64,000 nucleotides of DNA from the NCBI GenBank assembly GCA_012295275.1, contig CM022671.1:7564001-7628000 (forward strand), read 5' to 3'. This DNA comes from Chrysomallon squamiferum (taxonomy: Eukaryota; Animalia; Mollusca). How positions within the stretch are numbered: the first letter of the stretch is position 1; the number at the start of each line of letters is the position of its first letter. The notes beneath the pieces are model-generated. The model made no database searches. It saw only the letters and a list, made by a program, of their open reading frames with translations, and had not been told where the DNA came from. Below are positions 44,583 through 56,131 of the stretch, one piece after another. The translations under genes and the position numbers were made by a program.

Positions 44583-47500
44583 TCATCTAGACTGAACAAA
44601 GATTGTCTCCTGTGGATGAAGACCTGCTTCTTTGATTGTTATTTCAAAGTCCATCTTGGATAGCTGTCTTCTTGGGAAATTCGTCACAAGTTCATAATGT
44701 TCGTCAGAAAAGCCGTAGGAGATAACATATTTCATAACAGCCTGGAAAAATTGATTAAAAAAATGTTAAAATAAATTAAACAAGGTTACTCAAAATTAAA
44801 TGTTGATTCATTTTTTTTTTTTTTTTTTAAAATTAAAAAATTAAACTAAGTGTGGATAATGGACAGTGAAATTAATAATACAAGAAATATTTCATTTTTA
44901 AAAAGTGTATATTTTGAATACTAATTTACTGAAGAAAAAGAATAAAATAACCCCCCAAAATAAATAAATAAATAAAAAAAAAAAAAAAAAAAATCTTTCC
45001 ATAATTTATCTCATATACTTTTATTAAATAACAGTATTTTACCTTTCAAATTTATATATATTATAAATTCAAAAAAGCAGTATGTTCAATAATATGATAT
45101 TATGAAATAAAAGTAACTTATTTCTTCATAATTCTAAATCACAGAAGCAGATACAAAGTTAACAGAGTATTATGTTGATTCATCAATTAAATAATTAATG
45201 TTTTGTGAGAGGCTATACAATGTATTTTATAATCTCACCTGCAATGCTGAAGAACATGGTAATGATAATTGCTGCCTTTTACCATCAGGAAAACGAATCA
45301 TTAAATTTGTTGTAGGATCTGTAATGAAGATATATATTTTATTTTTCAATTCTTTTGTCAAATAATAAAGAATACATTTTAATAATATCACAAAGTAAGT
45401 AACAGAAAAATTAGGCTAATGATATTAATGTATGTGTGTAATAGAATAATCTGACTAATCATATAATAAATGTAAAACAATGGTTTAATTTTTTCAGTAT
45501 GTTTTTTTTTTGTTTTGTTTTTCCAGTACAAAATAAAGATTTAAAAATGTGGAATTAAACATCTCCTGAAAAATACAACAAGAACAAAAAATACTTTTTT
45601 ATAATAAAATCTGAATTATCTGAAATACCATTACATTTTTTTTTGCCAATAAGCAAATGACACATGATATAAATAAATATATTAAATACTGACCAGTCAT
45701 ATCAAAGTGAGATAACTCTGAGGTATAAAAATATTTAGTTTATTACTGTAACTACAGAAATGACATAAAGGAAAAACAATAAAGTTTAGTGATCATTCAG
45801 TTCAAATGACAACGCAATACATACTTGATAAACATTGTGTATGTTAAAAACCTTACCTTCTGGATTTCCCATAAACTGTTTCCAGTCTTCCTGGTTATTT
45901 TTAACTTGCTTCTTGGATTGGCAAGCATCAGCTTCGTCTTTACCATTTGTAACAGCACTATCTACAGTTGCTATGGAAGACTGCCTGCCGAAATCAGCCA
46001 CAAACTGAGCGGTGCTTTGAGATTTGTCATCGACACATTTACTTTTGTCAGAGATACGACTTCTATCAGGAATATGTGAATTGGAAACAGAGTCTTTAGC
46101 TGCCTTGGAAGATGAATCGGACTGTTTTTTAGTTCTGTGCGTCGTTGTCTCACTGGTCTGTTTGTTATTTACACTGTTTTGAGCACAGGGTTTCGTGGGT
46201 TTTGGTGGAGGAGAAGTGTTTGTTTCGGAACTGAACTGTTCACTCGCACTGTCCGACTCGTGGTCGGAATCAGTAAACGTCTCCAAGTCGGACAGACATT
46301 CTGAATCCGACATGACAATCTGCTGCTCTCGTTTCTCTGGCTGTTTGAGCGACTGCTGAATAGCTACTTGTATCTGGTCCTCTTCGCTGGCTTCCAGCAG
46401 GCTGCATTCCTGGATTTGTTGAAACGATTAAAAAAAAACAATTCAGCTGGTAACAGTCCATTAAAATCACTAATTCACATTTTGAGAAATATTTTATTTC
46501 TGACACTAACTTGCACTAACTAAAGCATAAATGAATAAAAAGATAAATATTTTTATATATATAAAAAATAATAAATATCTCTCTGATGGGTGGAAAATGT
46601 TGTTATAACATGGAACCTTTTGGGTGAGTGTCAATTTTTACAAAAATTCAGTAACATATATTACATGTATATTTTTCTGGTATGATTCAAAGAATGTTAA
46701 ATCTAGTAAATATTCGGAATTTACTTTATACCAATAACAATAAACTCAAATAACAACAGTAATACTAACAGTAATAATCACAATAATAGTTGTAATAAGG
46801 ATGATAGTGAAACAGATGAATAACAATACCAGTACAAGAGATGTAATTGTTGCATAATAGAGTACTTGTTAGAAGTAATTATAGCAATAATATCAGTAGT
46901 TATGCTGCTGCTGCAGCTGATGATGATGATGACAACAGTGATAAAAATAACAACAATACCAACCGTCTTGAGTTTTTTACAAGGAGGTGAATCTGCTCCC
47001 TCTGGGTCTGGATGTAGAGAGAGAAATTCTGTAACTGAAAAACAAAATTTAAACATTAATATATACTCACTCACTCCCTCCCACCCCTCTCTCTCTGTGT
47101 GTGTTAGTGTGCATATATATTTATCTGTCAATCTCTCTCTCTCTCTCTCTCTATACATATATATATATATATAGTGAGTTACATATATATCCTCTGTTTT
47201 AACGTTAATCTCTCTCTCTCTCTTTCACATAAAATATTAATTTAATATACTACAAATGGTCTGCAGTTCATGGTAAAAATGCATATATATATGTATATAA
47301 AAAAATTTAAAAAATAAAAATACAATTAAAACAACCCTGCAACACATTAAAACACATTGCGGAATTAAACAAACAACATTTACTGAAATTATTTTCTTAT
47401 AAGAACGTACAGCTGCATTGAACTTCTGCTAAAAAGTAAAACTAACATGGCATAAATTTTATACTAACATAAGAACATGGCCAAATTTCAGCAATATTTT

Positions 47501-48320
47501 GAACTATGTATTAATTTTAAAATTTTCTTATAACTGCAACACAACTTACTTAAATTAGAAAATGCTGGAGAATCTACTTTGTTCCACACAGCCATGTTTT
47601 CACCTATAAAATAAAATGAAAAGAAATCTTGTATCACATTAATAACAAATTTCACTTATCTAATTAAATAAATAAATGAAACACTGAAAATGAAGGCTCT
47701 TTGCATCATTAAAAATTATCCATGCAATGCATTTTTGACAACTAGGATATAAAGCATATGACAATAGAATAACCTATAAAACATTTAAAACAAAGAAAAA
47801 GTTTTTAGAGAAAACTGAAACATCTTTTGAGAACTGTCTACTTCATACCAAAACAAGCAATAATATTATTATACAGTGTGTATAAATGATGAACATGTGC
47901 ATGGTGGTCTAATCTCAACTGTTAAAATTTACATCAAAACTCACCAGTTTGTGGATCAAGAATAGCAATATAAGGCCATGTTGTGATTTCATAAAACTGC
48001 ATGTATTTTTTACCTTCTTCACTGTCATGATAAACCTGGCAATAAAATTAAATTTAAATATTATTTTCTGCATCTAATTTTTTCTTATTACATACAACTA
48101 AATAAGAAACAAGACTGTGAAACAGTTTTTTTTCTTTATTTTATTAAAAATATTTAACCATAAAAAAAAAATGTCATTATCATTATGACAATCTACAAAT
48201 TGTTCTTCAAAAATATAATGATAAATAGACTGAATTTACAAAATTTTGCAGCAGTGAGATCATTTCATCAAATCTTTTTTAAATAATTAGTTTTATGCTT
48301 GAAGACATTGTGTGTGTGTG

Positions 48321-48351
<31 letters not shown>

Positions 48352-49126
48352 CTATATGTCTATAATATATTCTCGTAAACTTATTATTTTATTTTCACAC
48401 TTCATTGTTTGCTTTGACTGGTCATTAAAAACAAATAAAAATATCTTTGAAATATAATAAAGGTATAGAGATTAGACAATAAAGATAATATATATATAAA
48501 TCATAAAACTGAAACATTATTTTAAACTGTCACAACACACACACACACACACACTCACATTATACATGTGCACACACACTCACATTTTACACACACATAA
48601 TAATAATAAATTTTACCTGCCAAAAAATGAAATGTGACTTTATGAGATCTTTCACCACTGGGTTACTCCACACATCTCGATTGAGAACCTGACAAAGGAA
48701 TTCTTGTACATTCTGTATGTTCACCATCAACCACTTGTTTTGATTTGTTCCTGCATCTCGAGCCTGCAGAAACAGAATTAGAAATGAAGCAAGAATTCAT
48801 GACACTGAACAAACAAAGAATATACATGTTAATTCCTTTTGCTCATATCACACGATTAATAAATAAATTATAAAATTTGTAAAAAAAATTGTTATTTAAA
48901 AAAATATATTTAATTAAAAAAACAGTTATTTTAAAAAATAAAATAATTTTAAAAAAAAGAAGAAATAAACCAAAATGAGAAATAAAAATATTTAATAGTT
49001 AGCTGAGTGCAAGTGATAGTGTTTCATACAAAAAAAAACCATGTGTTTATATATAATATAATATAATATAATATAATATAATATAATATAATATAATATA
49101 ATATAATATAATATAATAAATATATA

Positions 49127-49168
<42 letters not shown>

Positions 49169-52100
49169 GATATCGTCTTTAAAATGATTATTATATTAAT
49201 TAAAGTCTTTAAATTTTTTATCATAAACAATGATTATGGTTAATCACAACAGAAAGTTTAACAGTTGCAAACAACAGCCAGTTGGAGTACCTACACTGAG
49301 AAAAGTTCCTTTAAAGGTCAAGTCAATGGGTGGACGAAACAGATCTTCTAAAGTTTTTTTCTTTGATGGTAAACCAGTCTTCACAAACTGTTCTTGTTGT
49401 CCTGTGCAAGAAACTAAATATTTTTAACAAAATGAAAGAAAGTAAGGAAGGAAGGAATGAATGTACAAAATATAGACAAAGGAAAGAAAGAAAAGTAAAA
49501 CAAGGAAATGAAATAAAAAAAAATTTTTTTTAAAAATACATTCTCATTTTATATTTTAAATCTTAAATGTGTTATACAGATTCAATTTGAATGTTAGATG
49601 AAGAAAATGACTTTATAAATTGAAGCCTAAACTGAAACATTTTGAAACTGAAATAAAATATTTAATTCATAAATTTATCAAGAAGTTTTCCATGATCCCA
49701 TATAAGATCTATTAAAAGTATTTTGGTGAGTTGATAAAAAGCTTCTAAGCCTGAAACATTTTATTAGGATGAATGGTAAAAAAAACATTCCAAGTCGATA
49801 TATAAATTATTACATATAATCTAAAACAGTGTCCAAGATGTTTGATTGAGAACAAAGACTTACTCAAACCCTTAATCAATTCCAGTTTGACAAAAACATT
49901 ACCTATGTTATAAATATGTACAATATAAACAATACAATCAACAGTTACAACCAGTGGAAGAGGAACTGCTATTTTCACCTAATGCTCTCTAAATATTTCT
50001 ATGGTGCCAACTGTGACCAAAGTAATCATTTGACCATTTGAAATAGCTTTTTACCCTGTGTACCTGTCTCATGAATCAAAGTCTGTGAATTTTAATTTCC
50101 TACCTGTGGGAAGGTTCATAAACAAAAGACCTTCAATGCTCATCAGTAAGAATAACTTTAAAATTAATATTGGTTTTCATCTTTGATCCCTCAGCAATGT
50201 TTGAGATAAGTCTGAGACTCAGTCAGAGAATGCAGATAAAGAAAATAAGTAATTTTTTTCACTCACTAGCTTCTGCTTGGAAATCTCGAAAACCGTCGAA
50301 AACTGATCTTGTAGGTCCTCTTCTACGTCGACGAAATCCTGAGAAAACAAACAATAAATAAAAAATATGATATCAATCAGATATAATAAAAATAATGTAT
50401 CTACACTGCGTATATAAACCAGTATTTATTAATTCTTCATTTGAATGCATTTCATGCAGCAAATGAAAAGATTTATTTATAATTTTAAACACAATTTTTA
50501 GATTAATAATAGAAAATTTTACCCATACTATTATTTTGAAATTACAAGAATACCATTTACAAAATTTGATACATTTTTTTTTTTTAGGAAAGATTAAAAA
50601 TAAAATAAAAAAATAAAATATAATTAAAAAGATATTATTTCAAAAAGAGAATTTGATATTTTTATTGTCAAGAATAACGTACCAAAAATTGGTTTATCTT
50701 CTATCAGACATTCGTGTTTCTGTGGAATTGGTGCTCGGATTTCATCTCTGTCAAGAAAAAATGGATTATACAATATAAATATAAATTTGCAAACATAAAA
50801 GGACTAATTTTATTTATTTATTTATTCATGAAATAACATTTTAGTGACAAGTTTCACAAGTATAATTACAATCTTATGTTTTCTTTTATATAAATGTTTT
50901 GGTTCAGTAGATAAAACATTTTTATTATAAATATTCAGTTAGTACAATTTTATATAAATATTTTAATTTCAGTAGATAAGATATTTTAATTTCAGTTATT
51001 ACAATTCCCTATAAATATTTTAGTTTCAGTAGATTAGATTCTTCATTTTTATGCATTAGATTGGTTAAATATCTGGGCATGTACACTTGATAATATATAT
51101 GATAATAAGGTCAGACTGTAAATGTAATTTTTATTATTGTTAAGGATACAATTTCAAACTAAATATGACATACTCAAAACCTGCAGCAGCATCAGCACCA
51201 CTATCTACTGATGTCCCTGGCAATGGAGCGTCTGATGTTGATGAGGTAGATGGTTGTGAGATGTGGTCAGTCAGTGGTATGTTGCCACTGTCCATGTGCA
51301 TTCCTATTGCCAGTTCCAGATTTCCATTACAGGCCTCCAAAAATCTCTCCCCGACCACTGCTGAAGCACCTTGAAATGATAATATTTTTAACTTTTAAAT
51401 GCCATGTTCAATTAATGATGTTGTTTTTTATTTAGGTGGGTTTTTTTTTATGAAATACATTAGTTACAGGTCTCAAAAAATGTCTTTCATTACTACTGAT
51501 TGTAAATGATGTGCTGAGGATGTAAACTATTCTCAATAACTGAATCAATCTGTTATGAAACCAATGGTATATGTTTTGTTATTTTTACATTCTGATTTTA
51601 AAAAAATAAACGTAAAAAAAAAAAAAATGTGTCTTTCAAAATAATAATAATAATAATAAAAATACATTCATAAATTAAACGGAGAAACCTTTGAAATTAT
51701 TTTTTAAAAATTGGTCATTCTTAATCATTGAATCAGTGTGAAATAAATGACAATTTTTATTATTATTACCATTTTTATTTAAATAAAATAAAATAAAATA
51801 CACTGATATATCAAGAGGAAGAAATTAAAATACACAAATACTGGAATTACAAAATAATAAAAATTTACACCCTTTTAAATCAAAGACCAGAACTTTCCAT
51901 GAAGAATTTCATATCAGTGTCTGTCAATGTTTAATGCTGTTTTTAATATTTGGGCAAAATTGAAATTTGGTGCATAAAAATTAATTTAATATAACTTTAA
52001 TAAAAAGATATTTATGACCATAACTCTATAATTATAAGTCTTAAAATAAATAAGTAAACACATTTTAAAAACATGATAATAATAATAAGAAGAATGATGA

Positions 52101-52863
52101 TGATGATGATGATAATTATAAATATGGGATTCTTTCACATGAGATCAAAGCCTAATGAATAATAATAATAAATGGAAATGTTTTATTTTTATGATTCAGT
52201 AGATAAGATAAAAAAAAATTAGACATGGCTGCATATTTCTGCAAAAGATGACATGTAATAATTGGAAATCACGGAGTTATGAAAAACTACTTAAACTAGG
52301 TAAATTTACAGGGCTTGATTTATTGTTAACTGTATTTGATTCTCCACAACTTATCATTATTTATTTATAATTGCAATGCCTCTATCAATACTTAGTTTGT
52401 GGTAATAAATTAATTATTAAATACTAAATTGGAATCCCCTCTACAAATTTTAATTCAAACAAAGCGAAACCGAAACATTCTTATAATCATAATAATGCCA
52501 TTAATACTAATAGTTACTGGGTTAGGAATTACATTCAAAACTGTCACAAAATTAACAACTTTTATTTGCCATTAATTACAAATATACTACCCATTTAAAA
52601 TCTTGATATCAAAGTAGAAAATAGTATTTATATTAAATCAAGAAATTAGAACCTGTGCCAAGTCACGACTTAATGTTGAAGTGTCATCTTTATTTTTCAA
52701 TTTTAAAATTAGGAACATTGGATCTAACCTTGAAATTAAAAATTAAACTAAATTTGTTTACTTCATAAACATTTTTGTAACTGTTAAGAAGCATACCTGT
52801 GACGGCACAGAAATGCTGCAGCAATGAATCGGTTTCACATTCTGGTTTACTTTTTTCTGCCAT
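44583..52863 (-). CDS. UBXN7: UBX domain-containing protein 7 (p97/VCP adaptor; UBA-UAS-UIM-UBX), 553 aa; exons 52863-52797, 51369-51174, 50747-50683, 50338-50267, 49401-49295, 48763-48617, 48035-47945, 47603-47550, 47034-46964, 46409-45857, 45318-45239, 44741-44583
   Basis: All introns are GT-AG and the exons sum to 1662 nt in frame. Hallmark peptides: QHFCAVTGAS...FLEACNGNLELAI (UBA), IRAPIPQK, RSVFDGFRDFQ, LEDLFRPPIDL, NKWLMVNIQNVQEFLCQVLNRDVWSN...HFIFWQVYHDSEEG (UAS), EASEEDQIQVAIQQSL (UIM), LMIRFPDGKR...ELVTNFPRR...EAGLHPQETIFVQ (UBX). Confidence 0.96.
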
Positions 52864-52879
52864 CTTTAACCAGTTCCTA

Positions 52880-53287
52880 AAACAAATATAAACTGGTTCT
52901 GCTAGATATTTAACTATTAAGTATTATACATTCTGAAGGAAAAGCGCAACGCAAAGGATGTGTCCATGTAATTTACACTGGTCCTCCGTTCTGTTATTCG
53001 AACTGTAAGTTGAAAACAGTTCAAAATTGGTTCATTCATTTCCGGTTTTCTTTTATACCGTTAACATTTATTTGTGGCTGACGGCAATGTGTTTAAATAA
53101 TGATTGTTTCTTTGTCTTTACGTATTATGCTTAAATAAATAAAAAAAATAAAAAAATTAAAAATGTGTGATAATTATGAACAGTCAATGGGATCTTTTAA
53201 TCTTTACTACTTAATTATATTAAAACGGAACCAATATATATTTACTTATTAACTATATTATATTAAATAGTTTGAAAGCGTTCAATA

Positions 53288-53329
<42 letters not shown>

Positions 53330-53445
53330 TGATTCATTAAAGAAAGATAGGCAAACAAAGCGATTAATATTTTAATGCTTTGCGTTTTCTGAGATATTCA
53401 TCTTCATTTATATATTTCTTTATTTTTTATAATTTAAACTGTATT

Positions 53446-53520
<75 letters not shown>

Positions 53521-53990
53521 GTTTACATTACATAAATTATTTGAATATATTTGTTAGGAAGAACTGATTATACAATGACTACAAGCTATACGATGACTTT
53601 TCTATTTCGTTTGGTTGTTTGCGGTAGATTCGGTAAGAAGTATGTAGAAAGTCAAACCGAGTAATCTCCCTTGCTATTTCCATCTTTCCTGACTCTCTCG
53701 TCTGTACCTCTCTTTTTCTCTCTTAATCTTTTCCGTCCTATCCTTCTTTTTTCTCCCCTCTTCATATTTATTTTCTGTTATCTTTTTTTTCTTTCTTATA
53801 CCTACCTGTGCCGACTGACTAACCAATTCTTTGAAAGCTGTACTGACGACAAATAGCATTTGAGAAAAAAAATGGGCACGACGGATTAAAATCCATTGTT
53901 GCCTATCTGTGAAAAATAGTTTTCAAACTGAATGGCATTCATGGAATTTGGTGGTCGATAGGCTTTCTATATCACAGATGATGACTAAAG
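52880..53990. promoter_or_regulatory. Probable UBXN7 promoter and 5' UTR region
   Basis: An acceptor (ttttag) 13 nt upstream of the ATG implies a non-coding first exon, with a candidate donor cag|gtaggt near 53805. CpGs are locally retained, and there is an ETS-like CCGGAA on the minus strand near 53040. Confidence 0.4.
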
Positions 53991-54840
53991 GCGAATATTA
54001 ACAAAATGAGGGTTTTGCTTGCAAAATTTATATTTTGTCATGAATTTACAGTGCTAACTGATGTGATATGGAATCAAAGATAGATTATTTGTCCCTTTGC
54101 TGCTTTACTTTACTATCCTTTTGTATTTAAAATTAGCAGTTTAGTACTACCACTAGTTATGTTTTCCTTTCCTTTGTTTTCTTTATATTATTATTTTTTT
54201 TTTTTTTAAATAAAAAAATGTTTTTGCATCTGCAGTAATAAAATATTCTTTTATTTTTCTTGGTTTCTTATCTTTTCAAACTTAGAAGTAATTACAATAC
54301 TGAAAATAAAAAATACAGTAATTTAATGTGGACAAAACCTAAGCTGTTGATTTTATGCTTTTTTAGGTGTATGAATAATAAACTGCAGTGGTATCTGATA
54401 AATTTGAATGAAAATGACATAGGCTAACTGTGAACTAACACTTGCAAGAATGAAGAATGTTTTAAGTGTTTTAATTTAGATCTCTACTATTTTGGAAATA
54501 CTTGTAATATATACAATATCCAGGCTGTGTATGTGAGAATTGTCGATAATCCAAAAATTATTTATATATTTTATTATTATTAAACATAAAAATACTAGCA
54601 TTTATGAAATTGTCATTATCTTTAGATGCTTGTAAATTTATAATATATTTCTATGAATATGTTTGTATTTATGCACACACAAAGTTTAATCGCACCTTAA
54701 TCCTATATTCCACATCAAATCTTGCTAAAATTTGTTTGGATTTTGTCCACATCTGCAATGAACATTTGGAGCTGTGTCCTTGATCAGCTTTAATAGCCTA
54801 ACAGTTTGATGCTGTCAAAACAGGCAGAAAAATGAACAAA

Positions 54841-54910
<70 letters not shown>

Positions 54911-55269
54911 TACAATAATTAAAATATTTTTGCTTCTTTTTCAATAACTAGGAACACTTTTTACTGATAAAGATATAATCAAAAAGGTTGAAAATGATGC
55001 TTAAATTTAAGCCTTAATAAATAAAAAGCATGCTGTAATACCATCACATGCAGGTACACATTTTAATGCTATGAAAATATGGATGGTTAAGAGAAAAATT
55101 AACAAAAAGCTAATTCTTTCTTTGTCGTTTATTTTAGCTTTAAATATTGTAATCACGAAAATGTTTAATTTGTATAAATTAAAAACTAGTAAACACTTTT
55201 ATATATATATATATATATATATAATAGAAGTTTTTACTATATTTTATTTTAAACAAATTAAACATCACC

Positions 55270-55650
55270 AACTCTGACAAACCCGTCTCGCTGGGACGGT
55301 TGATCACACTGACGGACGAATATACAAGAAAAACGAAAATGTAATGCATTTCATTGGTTGAATTGTGTCCTTGAACGTGTGTCACAAAATTCAAAACAGC
55401 TAAAATGTGAGAATTAGTGATTTTTCCATTATTTATAAATTAAATTAAATTTAAAAAGCTACCATACGTCCGTGACATACACTTTATTTTATGCTTGTTT
55501 TTAACAATGTAAACTATCAACGGAGTTGCAGACGCTTTGTGCTATACGAGTGGCATAAGTAGATCGTGTCTCGCAATGAATCCAATGATAAAATGATTCG
55601 AATGAATGACTGATAATCCGTTAATCATTTAAATTAAACGACAAATGGAT
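55270..55650 (+). promoter_or_regulatory. CpG-retaining island, probable promoter of the Tantalus-like gene
   Basis: CpG cluster within CpG-poor flanks. A downstream donor cag|gtaata near 55886 and acceptor ctctttttcag| at 56097 suggest a 5' UTR intron. Confidence 0.4.
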
Positions 55651-56131
55651 AGGTAAAAATTGATAATACTTTTTTTTTTCCATTATTAGATTTCTACTTG
55701 CTAATTTAAATTATATTTTATTGAACAATTTCTAACAATAACTATAATTTTAATATATTTGCATTTACAAATTAGATCGACATTTCCATGATTTCTTAAG
55801 TGGGGAAACTTGCAAATACATATAAATTGTCGAATTTGTTTTTATTATCATTAATTTATTTCATCACCTATTTTATTACTGTACAGGTAATATGTAATTA
55901 TCATCATCATCATTATTAGTAGTAGTAGTAGTAATATTTAAAATATTTTCTTTTCTAATAAAATGATTTTAATTTTAAAAAGTAAACATTTTGATGTCAG
56001 ACTTAAACGTTTACATTTTAACATCTATCCTTCATTTCACTGAATAGTATTATGTGTCTCATTACAAAATGTTTGATATAATTATTCTCTTTTTCAGATA
56101 AATATTTAAAAATAATAATAATAAAATAAAA

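Noticed and set aside
45825-45856. Alternative downstream donor (CAA|gtatgt) extending UBXN7 exon 10
   Set aside because: It would be phase 0, incompatible with the phase-1 acceptor of the UBX exon.
50050-50104. Possible poison exon or snoRNA in UBXN7 intron 4
   Set aside because: An acceptor-like cccacag and an in-frame TGA exist, but the donors are weak and I could find no paired C/D or H/ACA boxes.
53874-53903. Short hairpin ggcacgacggatt-aa-aatccattgttgcc
   Set aside because: Too short and imperfect for a pre-miRNA, and could arise by chance.
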